A stretch of 64,000 nt of DNA from Candidatus Omnitrophota bacterium. Its GTDB lineage: Bacteria > Omnitrophota > Omnitrophia > Omnitrophales > Aquincolibacteriaceae. The stretch lies in the NCBI GenBank assembly GCA_030698625.1, contig JAUYMS010000011.1, positions 4,373-68,372 of the forward strand, in the 5' to 3' direction. This document shows positions 39,801 to 47,107 of the stretch, one piece after another. The notes beneath the pieces are model-generated. The model made no database searches, was not told the origin of the DNA, and saw only the letters and a list, made by a program, of their open reading frames with translations. Position 1 is the stretch's first letter. Every line of letters begins with the position of its first letter. Made by a program: the position numbers and the translations under genes.

Positions 39801-40426
39801 AGGGCCTTGCCCAGTTCCTCCACGACACCGCCGTCTCTTTCTTTCCGATCCAAGGCGTTCAGATACGCCTCTCGATTTTCTACGTAGATATCATGATCCT
39901 CGACTCCATAAAGCCTTAAATTGGGACGATCCACGATGGCCAGATGCTCGGGACCCGACAGGCGGCCCATTTTTAGGAACGAGTCGGCAATATTGCGGCG
40001 GGCGGTTTGATCCGGAAAAAAAGAAAAGAACTGGGTGAAGAGATCGCCGGTTGCACCTTCTAGATTGACCAGCTCAAGTTGGTGCTCATCCGCGAAATAT
40101 TCCAGAATTTTTGCGATATTCCGCTGAGCCGCTTCATTGACATGCGCCTCTTGAATATGTACGACCAAGCGGCCGTTTGTCCCCTGGTACGCCCGTTTTA
40201 TAGCTCCGACGTCTTCGGGAATGCGGATATCCGTCAGAAGACTTCCGCCCGGACTCTCGGGAAGGGATAAGTCCGCCCCCGCGAGCGAATCCGTGTACCC
40301 GCCTGCGCCCGGGATAAGATTGATGCCCTCCGCCCAGACCACCTGAGTTCCGATAAAAGCGATAACCGTAAGCAGGGCAATACCGCGCAGATAGAGGCGT
40401 TTTCGATTGTAATGTAGATTTCGCAT
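33854..40426 (-). CDS. Giant (~2190 aa) exported/membrane multidomain protein with TIKI/EreA-like N-terminal motifs and RSELR repeats
   Basis: Long ORF; start at ATG 40426 with GAGGA SD; signal peptide ending VVWA; HIQEAH, LEG, GVED, RD, GGFH motifs; about 5 internal TMs; RSELR x3; C-terminus ..YLSAAA. Confidence 0.85.
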   Translation of the reverse strand: MRNLHYNRKRLYLRGIALLTVIAFIGTQVVWAEGINLIPGAGGYTDSLAGADLSLPESPGGSLLTDIRIPEDVGAIKRAYQGTNGRLVVHIQEAHVNEAAQRNIAKILEYFADEHQLELVNLEGATGDLFTQFFSFFPDQTARRNIADSFLKMGRLSGPEHLAIVDRPNLRLYGVEDHDIYVENREAYLNALDRKERDGGVVEELGKALEDVGRFIYSKEFRDLELHRRAFRDGGRQLVSYSRYLVEVARSKNISIEGYYGIQQLLELVDSEQEIRFENIEDELKEFTQALERTLSGERLAEFMRRTALYQSKEMKRSDYYAYLSLELEQLPASQDESLYENVLRYLRYVQQYDNIGAGVFEEINLLERSVKNSLLRNAEEGRLDHLSEIYEVVEKMFNFALTESDIELFYAFRNEFNGKTFRQFLAPIMKRYRFSYELPSKLERIDGDLAGVERFYDAALRRDQVLVENTLAKIEANGETISALVSGGFHTPGIERALRDKGYSYVVITPRITGEIDKARESELYESALRQEHIPLEKLLVESLFPAGTSELNDPRFQLSVERTVLDLDRLLSFLNLSRRGRGAERALATYAPESLAVTLAYMIVAESIFRQRNLGGALEAMSKTARSELREEERDAVELMLERVVHAAYEDRGANGGTLYMRSPTGIAGFARFPAEDRSGARNVLGAGRTTAAMDMPLNDGAHLYAQNDIPDYLLPSGILDRLGPGTGEPALVWMDDRSKGRPVGEDEATDALIQMTEAAVTGLVERHREADAEDVLTSGELLAAKQEMIAVLRELRQGGIINDATEAFLLDRLAGIGVRAATAIVERVSAEYFRTQQEIADQKAQFHESLLYKILTAIAATTFGLTLGVGPTALTEGTLLQTVVAGISAGTFMVDMSVLVSLYVRIYLRARGVKLIEMFDRAAALEAAGAAQEPAAAEPESRMPSRPFSQTAAEIFLQVVPLIAVTGIMLGLLPALFSGNVMLTVFIELWIGLTTVSFVYLTISMVNGTPANSSPWRVNRSELRSDTNRSTLRLKLREVIPAAIAAVAVGIALWNSSPNPELGPREREEQTRAVVEKIVREEIAHALAAELPKAAEAREDQPGPLDAATVRAIVQEVLGEVGKVADKEAKKVDVVTSAPRMLRTIPATEEEKREIWGGEDPPALLNMTPNEIAARAGDYTEDQWRYLIRHHPEGKKFIETYGDFEFNVVHVMHRYMPADRQAEYEIVKPELEKLFEELKKLGLPDANEESEDYDARYFNLRDWYANFFVKVFAVHGRKDQTAAQFIAYIRQNLKTVQVGEASFRPYRKYLIDRYLSPLEWRLHERPWRDNRQDLGLALSSLRFELGWAIEHAALDVHADRFPVRYSIRTGDFGRRNFNIDIEQDRFAFLREHGLNPDARSLLMGTEKKGPFMQWRRARYRSIRANDQLGSMGSSYGAAPSYGLIRDQVRQIVLEHWKPSMLLFQPPQGIINFTNDDGFSWGEFTASGYRGSFSSTVATPGTAPREFTINKQTSVVGGTPGMPGMLTFNPDISATGHNPFTLTAVEELTSDLVFMLLQYPETWSEKDWPNLTDVSNAGKLVFLLDGLNALIAARVDDGTGNGPRVLAEHGRPDYGDWMMDVYLEGHLNASIHGTTGPNADRSLSPAGRAVVDRLAVELRDHFDNFPEEYREILQVPILRHEYLKALNESYKDPNFTSDYGSKEDAARDLDLARYELNVWGGQLIRNFVTKIALVEAADGLRDGETYAQVTERVETKTRIHAAIGVFLGHPLQIHDEFDSGRLSAMVEEVLKKRQIPEELWSALLVSLAPKPGVNGNETNKIRLQAQVLFNTITGQDIKAFDVESEEIGPLHTSLLMWWAIQAKNDADFDKWMAIVGDREKLAKVIELANRKRISYFQIPTFSVEDLLDPEAKGNYHSDVISLVEAFFKSEKEWGVWLGDEEKDLKAVEERTRGPQRSELRTVNAMALAVREVSLIRDDVLLRQMLTALLPRESSALEALIQSSVVEMAQLKFGINERVLVPSSGYYVYIYDGTKQSLERVGQLASRFETMPKGFKLLVAVSVNRNLDDRIRLKEELEQAAEENKYAANDSFKIADFEAVDWRLGNELESRSKEVGIAASEIFNITDTGASIAHTRLVDAAYLGAVPLVLRVGIVLAGEDQHIRTEYEMSIGEILATSAFAAEYLSAAA

Positions 40427-40568
40427 AGTCCTCGCTGATAAAAGCGATGTGAAAGGATACCCAACACTTTGAACTTTGTCAAATCTTTGCATATGTATTT
40501 TATTTGTCTATGTCCGATAACGTCATTTGCAACAGAGAGCATGGGCGATCTTGGGCTGGCAACGACTA

Positions 40569-40895
40569 CTAAGAGCTACTCGTGGGAGAAATACCCTCTT
40601 CGGGTGTGGATTTATTGGCGTTTTCCAAGTCGGCGATCCTCGATTTCATATCTTTCTGTTCGCTTCTGAGCCGAGAAATCTCTTCATCCTTTTCCTTCAT
40701 AATCTTAGTCGTCTCGGCGTTCGCATCGCTAGAAACTTCATCGAGTCTTTGGCTAAGCCGCTTCTCTTCGCTGCGAAAACGGCGGAATTGCATAATAATG
40801 GTGCTCGCGCTGCTCAAGGCAAACCCCAAGGCAACGCAGATAATCAACAGAATGACATTCGATAAAAGATCAACATAGAGAGCCTGACTTTCCAT
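40569..40895 (-). CDS. Small single-TM coiled-coil protein
   Basis: N-terminal TM followed by a charged coiled coil; GAGG SD. Confidence 0.6.
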   Translation of the reverse strand: MESQALYVDLLSNVILLIICVALGFALSSASTIIMQFRRFRSEEKRLSQRLDEVSSDANAETTKIMKEKDEEISRLRSEQKDMKSRIADLENANKSTPEEGISPTSSS

Positions 40896-40905
40896 ACTTA
40901 TGACC

Positions 40906-41592
40906 TCATGCGTTTTCAGACCGCAGTGTCTTCCGGGTGTCTACATTCCAAACCATGCGAGACGCAAAATAACGGTTGATGAGACCGACGCTCCAAACCC
41001 ACCCGGCAATCAATACCGGCAAGATCATCGCCGCAACCACGGTCGCCTTCAATGCCGCACTGCGGCGCAAGTTCAAGGACTGTTCACATTCCGCTTCAAT
41101 GATGACGCGAATAGACTTCATATCCTCTCGGTAGATCTCCTTTTGCTCGTCATAGGTTTCGCCGAAAACAAGCGGGTCGGCGAGCTCCGCCTTGCCCTCC
41201 CCGACGTAGGCAAAGGCGCCGGCTTCCCATTCGGCAAGCTTCTTTCGGGCCTCCTGAACGCGTTCCGCTACCGGAGTCTGAAATGCCCTCGGCGCGACTC
41301 GCCTCACGTTTATCAGAAGAGCTTCACGCTCAATCGATAATTGCCGATAGCGTGCCTCTAACTGAACATTTGCCGTCACGACCGCCGAGCGCGACAAGAC
41401 GGTCATGAGTTCATCCAAGTACGCGGCTTGCTCAAAGGTTGTCTGCAAATGCCGGTCCTGAAACTTGGCCGTACGAAACCCCCAGTAAGTTGTTCCCACA
41501 ATGGCCGCGAGCACGGTCGTCAGCAAGATGATAACGGCAAGAAGACCCATCTGTATTTTTGCGCGGACAGGGCCGATGTTCATTGCGCCCAT
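40906..41592 (-). CDS. Stand-alone TM-helical sensor-TM protein (histidine kinase/MCP-type input domain, no output domain)
   Basis: TM1; YLDELMT..EARY..LAEWEAGAF..ETYDEQKEIY helical bundle; TM2; short tail. Confidence 0.6.
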   Translation of the reverse strand: MGAMNIGPVRAKIQMGLLAVIILLTTVLAAIVGTTYWGFRTAKFQDRHLQTTFEQAAYLDELMTVLSRSAVVTANVQLEARYRQLSIEREALLINVRRVAPRAFQTPVAERVQEARKKLAEWEAGAFAYVGEGKAELADPLVFGETYDEQKEIYREDMKSIRVIIEAECEQSLNLRRSAALKATVVAAMILPVLIAGWVWSVGLINRYFASRMVWNVDTRKTLRSENA

Positions 41593-41599
41593 GAGGGTC

Positions 41600-42778
41600 T
41601 TAGGAGAAGGCTACGCCCAAATGCTGAAGCTGAAGTGTTTTCCACTGTTCGCGGGTCTCTTTGAAATGGGCTTTGGCAGCTTCCCGGCGTTGGAGCGCGG
41701 CCTTTCGGATATCTTCCGAATGGCGGGAAATACGCTCATACAAAACACTCTGATATTCCTTCGCCGCTCCTTCCCACGCCAAAAGCCGCCGCCTTAGCTG
41801 ACCGTAGTGCTCCGTAAGGTAGCCGTGAACCATATCCAATTGGGGATGATCCGCCATCAGTTTGAGCGACTTCTGGGCCCGCTGATTTTCTGCGGCAAGC
41901 TTTGCATCAAGAATGCGGAAGTGAGACACACGCTTCAAGTCACGCGTCCAGCCCAGTCGTGAAGAAAGCGCAATAAACCATTTGCTCGGGTCCCAGTGAT
42001 ACCACTTGACCCCGTTGCGGTAGTCGCTCGGAAAACGGTGATGAAAATTGTGATAGCCCTCGCCGAAGGTCAGCATCGCCACGAACCAATGATCTTTCGC
42101 CGTAGACTCAATATCGTATGTCGGCTTGCCGAATTTATGGCATACCGAATTTATACAAAAAGTGCTTTGATGGACAAAAAACATGCGCAGGCAAACCACG
42201 AGTATAAAAGCCCCGCCCGGCCTGCCGCTGAGAAAACCAAGCATCACCGGCAAGAGGACACCCGCGCCGATCGCCCAAAGAGCGTAAAAACGATGCTGGT
42301 TGACCACCATCGCGGACTTCTGCAGGTCCTTCACATTGTCATAATTCGTATTCCGGTGCCAGAACATGAGCCATCCCACATGCGCGTGGAAAAAACCCTG
42401 CTTGATGTTGTACGGATCCCGTTCGGTGTCTACATAGAGGTGATGATCTCTGTGTTGTGAAGCCCACTTGAGAGCCGACTGTTCGAATGCCGCCCCGCCG
42501 AAAAAGAGGATAAGGAATTGCAGGATGGGGTTTGCTTTAAAGCTCTGATGTGCGAATAGTCGATGATACCCTACCGTGATGCCCATCGCGGTGGCACTCG
42601 CAAAAGCGACCATGAGCAGGATTTCGATTAATGTTATGCCGTGCCGGGCAATGTAAATGGGCGTCCCGACAACTCCGACAAGGCTCGTGCCGAAGAGAAA
42701 TAGAATCATCGGCCATGAGTTCTTGCGTTGATAAGTTGTTTTTCCTAATTCATTATCCATAAGTTGTCTCCCTGCCAT
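41600..42778 (-). CDS. Delta-9-type membrane fatty acid (acyl-CoA) desaturase
   Basis: His boxes GYHRLFAH, HRDHH, GEGYHNFHH; DYRNG..WDPSKW. Confidence 0.92.
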   Translation of the reverse strand: MAGRQLMDNELGKTTYQRKNSWPMILFLFGTSLVGVVGTPIYIARHGITLIEILLMVAFASATAMGITVGYHRLFAHQSFKANPILQFLILFFGGAAFEQSALKWASQHRDHHLYVDTERDPYNIKQGFFHAHVGWLMFWHRNTNYDNVKDLQKSAMVVNQHRFYALWAIGAGVLLPVMLGFLSGRPGGAFILVVCLRMFFVHQSTFCINSVCHKFGKPTYDIESTAKDHWFVAMLTFGEGYHNFHHRFPSDYRNGVKWYHWDPSKWFIALSSRLGWTRDLKRVSHFRILDAKLAAENQRAQKSLKLMADHPQLDMVHGYLTEHYGQLRRRLLAWEGAAKEYQSVLYERISRHSEDIRKAALQRREAAKAHFKETREQWKTLQLQHLGVAFS

Positions 42779-42826
42779 ACATCGGCAAAATGAAAGGATC
42801 CTGAAGGTTGTCGCAACCGGGCCAGC

Positions 42827-44449
42827 CTATCCGGCTGTCTCGGCAAACTCGTGCTCAACACCGGAGCCGGTACTTGGCATCCCCAACGGTTTGGGAACTC
42901 GCTTAAACGGGGGATCCGCCGGAGATACGCCTTCCGGGTCGCCGTGCATCTCGAAGACGTACTGCCTAAAGGCCCGATACGTGGCAATCCACCGAAAAAA
43001 TTCCAGCCACTTTCCTACGGAGTGGGGACTTCCTGTCGCCACACGCCAAAATGAGCTCAGGAAGAGCTTCCGGCGTGCCCTGTCCGTTGTAAAAATATAG
43101 TAACCGATCACCTTGAACAACAACTTCGTGAATCCCCAATCCAAAGCAGCGCGTTTGTGTTCCTTGTGCAAATTCTGGAAGCGGTTCATCGACGTTACGA
43201 GCCGGTCGCCAAAACTATCATAGCGATAGAGACAGCGAATCAACCAGTTGTAACCGATGCGCAGCTCTTCGAGCGTCATGAGCTTGGGAATAAAATTACA
43301 ATCCGCGGCTCCGTGCCCGTTCATTTCCGCCCACTCCATATCCAATATACGGCCTTCGCTTTCAAGGCGCTTCATCAGCGGCGTGTTCGGTAAGGCCATG
43401 AGTGTGCCGCAAGTCGTAAACGGGATGCCCAATTCCTTCAAATATTCGTATTGCTCCTGGAAGATAAGGGTATCGTCGGAATCAAACCCTACGATCATGC
43501 CCGCCATCACCGATATGTGATGGGCGTGAATGCGCGCAATGTCTTCCACCATATCCTTGCGCGTGTTCTGCAGCTTCTTGGTCTCCATAAGACTCTCGCG
43601 GCGCGGCGACTCAATCCCGATAAAAACCGAATAGAAATTCGCATCCTGGAGCAGCTTTAGGAGATCCGGCTGATGAGCCACGTTGATCGTCAACTCACAG
43701 ACAAATTCAATGGGATACCCTCGTTCCTTCTGATAGGCCACCAAGGCATGAAGCAATTTGCGGGCGAAAGGAATATTGCCGATAAAATTCGCATCCCCAA
43801 AAAGAATGTAATGGGCCCCCTGCTCAAGGCAGTGATCCACCTCGGCGATAATCTGCTCCACGGTTTTCACACGCGGCACGCGCCCGTCCATGACGATGAT
43901 ATCGCAAAATTCGCAAGCAAACGGGCAGCCCCGGCTCGTCTGCAGCGTATAAAGGTTGTAGTACTTCCCCTTAATCAAATCATAACGGGGAATCGGGCTG
44001 GTCTCGAGATTGATCTTCGTGTCGGCGGCAATGTAATGCTCACGCGCGGTGCCCTTCTCAAAGTCGCGCAAAAATTCCGGCCAGGTTTCCTCTGCCTCTC
44101 CCTGAATGCGATAGCCCCCCCGGTCCTTGTAGGCCTCCGGGAACAAGCTGCAATACGGCCCGCCGAAAACCACGGCCTTGCCGCGCTTTTGAAACTCGCG
44201 TGCGATTTCCAGCGACCGCTGATACTGAACATTAAATGCCGTAATGCCTATGAGATCCGCATCCGTATCAAAATTTATGGCTTCCACGTTTTCGTCGACA
44301 ATCTCGACATCCCAGTGGGAGGGAGTCAGGGCGGCAATGGTGGCAAGCCCTAAGGGCGGAGTCAAGAAACGCGTACCCGTGAAGGGTCTGAGGCCTTCGA
44401 AGGACCAGATCGTCGGATTAAAGAGAGGGTTGACGAGATAGACTTTCAA
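42827..44449 (-). CDS. B12-binding radical SAM protein (DUF4070, HpnP-like class B methylase family)
   Basis: PPLGL..DENVE..GGPY B12-binding domain; SRGCPFACEFCD; GIES; GFDSD; ALPNTPL. Confidence 0.88.
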   Translation of the reverse strand: MKVYLVNPLFNPTIWSFEGLRPFTGTRFLTPPLGLATIAALTPSHWDVEIVDENVEAINFDTDADLIGITAFNVQYQRSLEIAREFQKRGKAVVFGGPYCSLFPEAYKDRGGYRIQGEAEETWPEFLRDFEKGTAREHYIAADTKINLETSPIPRYDLIKGKYYNLYTLQTSRGCPFACEFCDIIVMDGRVPRVKTVEQIIAEVDHCLEQGAHYILFGDANFIGNIPFARKLLHALVAYQKERGYPIEFVCELTINVAHQPDLLKLLQDANFYSVFIGIESPRRESLMETKKLQNTRKDMVEDIARIHAHHISVMAGMIVGFDSDDTLIFQEQYEYLKELGIPFTTCGTLMALPNTPLMKRLESEGRILDMEWAEMNGHGAADCNFIPKLMTLEELRIGYNWLIRCLYRYDSFGDRLVTSMNRFQNLHKEHKRAALDWGFTKLLFKVIGYYIFTTDRARRKLFLSSFWRVATGSPHSVGKWLEFFRWIATYRAFRQYVFEMHGDPEGVSPADPPFKRVPKPLGMPSTGSGVEHEFAETAG

Positions 44450-44452
44450 AAA

Positions 44453-46183
44453 TTAGATCGCAATCGCTTTTTGAGCCGGCTTCACGGAGACAATCGGTTT
44501 CTCAGTGACAACAGGTTCGGGTTTTATAGCATCGTCCATGTAATCTGCGTTTTCAGGTAAATCAGCTTCCCGCTTTAACCGCCATATCGCCCAGACCGTC
44601 TTCAGAAGCCGCGCTGAGTATACCACGTTATCGACTAAACGCTTTGCATAATAAGGTATAAAGGCTTCTCTCGGCATTCCCCTACGACGATTGCGGCGGC
44701 CCTTGAGACGGAAAAACCCGCCGAGCAGCGGATGAGTGTCTTCGAGAAAAACGCTCGCGCAGAACCAGATAAGTGAGGAAAACAATATTTTTCGGCGCGG
44801 GCCCTTTCGCCTCAAGAGCAGCGTACGCAGGTGATCCTTACCATAGAAGGTTTTCCAGGCATCATCATAAGCCCGCCTCAGTTCCTCGTTAGTCATCTTC
44901 GGATGCTTCGTACACACGTGCATGGTATCGTAGTTGTTTGTGTCCGGGTCCATGGGCACTTTATCGAGATAATATTTCTGGTGATCCTTGGAGCCCGGCA
45001 GCGGTGTCATAATAAAGAACTCGGCGAGGTCGAGGGGAATTTCGCGTTTGAGGAATTCCACATCTCTCATAATGGATTCGTAAGTGTCACCGGGAAATCC
45101 AAGAATGTATCCCGCATAGGTTAACGCCCCGTGATCCCTCCAGGCCTGCAGCATCTTCTTGTACTCTTTCAATTGATTCTGATATTTCCCCGTATCCCTT
45201 AGATTGTCGGGATTCACCGTTTCAAGACCGATGAACACCCGCCGCACCCCGGCATGGGTTGTCTTTTCGATAAAACGAGGAATCTTGTGCGCGACGGTGT
45301 CCGTCTGGATCATGAGGGAACAACGGATGCCCTCTTCCTCTTTGAGGTAAATCAACCGGTCTGCAATGGCTTCCCAATCTTTGTGGCGCGCAAAGTTGTC
45401 ATCGGTAATAAAAATATGCTTTCCGCCGGTGGCATGGTTATGCCGCACGAGCTTTTCGATGTCGTCGGCATCGCGGCCCCGCATGGTGTTTCCCTGGATA
45501 TTAATGATCGTACAGAAGGAGCAATGGAACGGGCATCCCCTGCCCGCATCGAAGCTTGTTTGCCGGTTCAGAAATCGGTCCATCGTTGCTTTTGGAAGCT
45601 GAGGTCCCGGAACCCCCACCAACGCCGGCTTATCATTGACCAAGTCGTAAACCGGCTCTAAACGTCCTTCATAGGCGGCTTTGAGGAGCTCGCCCCACTT
45701 AGCCTCAACTTCGCCCGCCACAAGGGTAATGCCGTTGTCGATCGCCTCTTGAATCTCGGGCGGCCTGTCAGGCAGCATCTCGATACATCCCGAGACATGA
45801 AATCCCCCGATCATGCTCGGTATCCCGCCACCCTTGAATTCAAGGGCCATGTCCAGGCCCCTGGCATATTGATTTGTTTGCACCCCGACCATGCAGGCGA
45901 TCGCCTTATCGCCCGATTTGCGGATTTCACGGCAGATTTTTGCCACCGGCACCTTCTGGACGGTCTCATCAATACAGTGTATGACGGGTTCCACGTCCGG
46001 GCCGAGGGCCCCGGCGGCACACGCATTCTGGGTCAGAGCATGCAGACAGGCCAATGAGTTACTGGTAATGACACCTCGCCACCAGCGTATGACATAGCCA
46101 TCGTCGTCATACTTAGACGGCTTGATCAATATGACGTGAAATCGCCTTTTGGGACTATTTTTCTGCATTAATGATTTCCCCAC
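44453..46183 (-). CDS. B12-dependent-type radical SAM protein (LIKPSKYDDDGY family)
   Basis: GGFHVSG; GRGCPFHCSFCTI; TDDNF; GLE; TPLPGS. Confidence 0.85.
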   Translation of the reverse strand: MGKSLMQKNSPKRRFHVILIKPSKYDDDGYVIRWWRGVITSNSLACLHALTQNACAAGALGPDVEPVIHCIDETVQKVPVAKICREIRKSGDKAIACMVGVQTNQYARGLDMALEFKGGGIPSMIGGFHVSGCIEMLPDRPPEIQEAIDNGITLVAGEVEAKWGELLKAAYEGRLEPVYDLVNDKPALVGVPGPQLPKATMDRFLNRQTSFDAGRGCPFHCSFCTIINIQGNTMRGRDADDIEKLVRHNHATGGKHIFITDDNFARHKDWEAIADRLIYLKEEEGIRCSLMIQTDTVAHKIPRFIEKTTHAGVRRVFIGLETVNPDNLRDTGKYQNQLKEYKKMLQAWRDHGALTYAGYILGFPGDTYESIMRDVEFLKREIPLDLAEFFIMTPLPGSKDHQKYYLDKVPMDPDTNNYDTMHVCTKHPKMTNEELRRAYDDAWKTFYGKDHLRTLLLRRKGPRRKILFSSLIWFCASVFLEDTHPLLGGFFRLKGRRNRRRGMPREAFIPYYAKRLVDNVVYSARLLKTVWAIWRLKREADLPENADYMDDAIKPEPVVTEKPIVSVKPAQKAIAI

Positions 46184-46310
46184 CCCTGACTAGTAAGAAG
46201 AATGCGGTTAATGTATCATTTACAATGGATAATAGCAACGACACAGTCGGCCGATCAGGCCGCATTTAAAAATGCAATCTATTCGCTTCTAAAGGGTTAC
46301 GGACAATGAA

Positions 46311-46724
46311 ATGAAAAAGGGCAGCAAGAAAACCCGCGCGCGAGGAAGCTCATTCCCTCTGGCTAAACTAATCGGGATTCGTGCCCTCAGGGCCTCCCGC
46401 GGAGGTGCCGTCGCTACGATGACGGCCGCTCGCAAACACCTCAACCCCATGGGAACGGTTCACGGCGGCATTCTCTGCGACCTAGCTGATGCCGCCATGG
46501 GTTATGCCTTCATCTCCCAAATTCCTGAAAAGCAAATGGGCCTTGCCACCAGCTTCCATATCAATTTCATGCGCGCGGCACGGGTAGGAGACCGGCTGCG
46601 GGCGACCGCAAAAACCACGTCTCACGGCAAATCGATCTATTTTATGGAGTGCGTAATCAAGAACGCGACCGGAAAGATTGTGGCGACGGCATCGAGCTGC
46701 TGCAAGATACTGCAAGAGACTTAA
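46311..46724 (+). CDS. PaaI-family hotdog-fold thioesterase
   Basis: HLNPMGTVHGGILCDLADAAMG. Confidence 0.92.
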   Translation: MKKGSKKTRARGSSFPLAKLIGIRALRASRGGAVATMTAARKHLNPMGTVHGGILCDLADAAMGYAFISQIPEKQMGLATSFHINFMRAARVGDRLRATAKTTSHGKSIYFMECVIKNATGKIVATASSCCKILQET

Positions 46725-46738
46725 GGGGTCCCGCCGAG

Positions 46739-47068
46739 CTATTCTTCCTTTTTAGAACCGAGGCGTTTGCGGTCCTTGGTAGGGTCGGCCGCGTCCATCT
46801 CGGCCTTCTGACCGACGGCCTTATTGGAGTCCATCTCTTCAATAATGATAATGCACGTGTTCTCCTGAAACATCACAACGCCCGCACGCAAAGGAACGGG
46901 GTCATGCCCTGCAATTTGCACCCAGCCCTCGGGAATAGCTCCCATAAGCGGAAAGTGATGGCATAGGAGCTCATATTCTCCTTCGTCGCCGGAGAGATAA
47001 ACCGATTCGACCTCGCCGTCGAATAGCATCCGAATCAGGCTCATAATCTGCAGGTGAAAAGTTTTCAT
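46739..47068 (-). CDS. atpC: ATP synthase epsilon subunit-like protein (N-terminal beta domain only)
   Basis: FHLQIMS..LFDGEVESV..GDEGEYELLCHHFPL (cf. GxxGxxGILxxHxPL). Confidence 0.65.
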   Translation of the reverse strand: MKTFHLQIMSLIRMLFDGEVESVYLSGDEGEYELLCHHFPLMGAIPEGWVQIAGHDPVPLRAGVVMFQENTCIIIIEEMDSNKAVGQKAEMDAADPTKDRKRLGSKKEE

Positions 47069-47107
47069 GACACTGTAAGTATACCCGCCGCCCCTTGGGG
47101 ATACAAA

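Noticed and set aside
40426-40492. Upstream 22-codon extension of the giant ORF
   Set aside because: The ATG at 40426 has a GAGGA SD and gives a normal signal peptide; the extension lacks an SD.
40510-40537. Second dif-like half-site (tgtccgataa)
   Set aside because: The right arm lacks TTATG; insufficient match.
42827-44449. Calling this gene hpnP, or the cluster a ladderane pathway
   Set aside because: DUF4070-type radical SAMs are widespread, and no shc/hpn or FAS/ACP genes are in the window to support either call.
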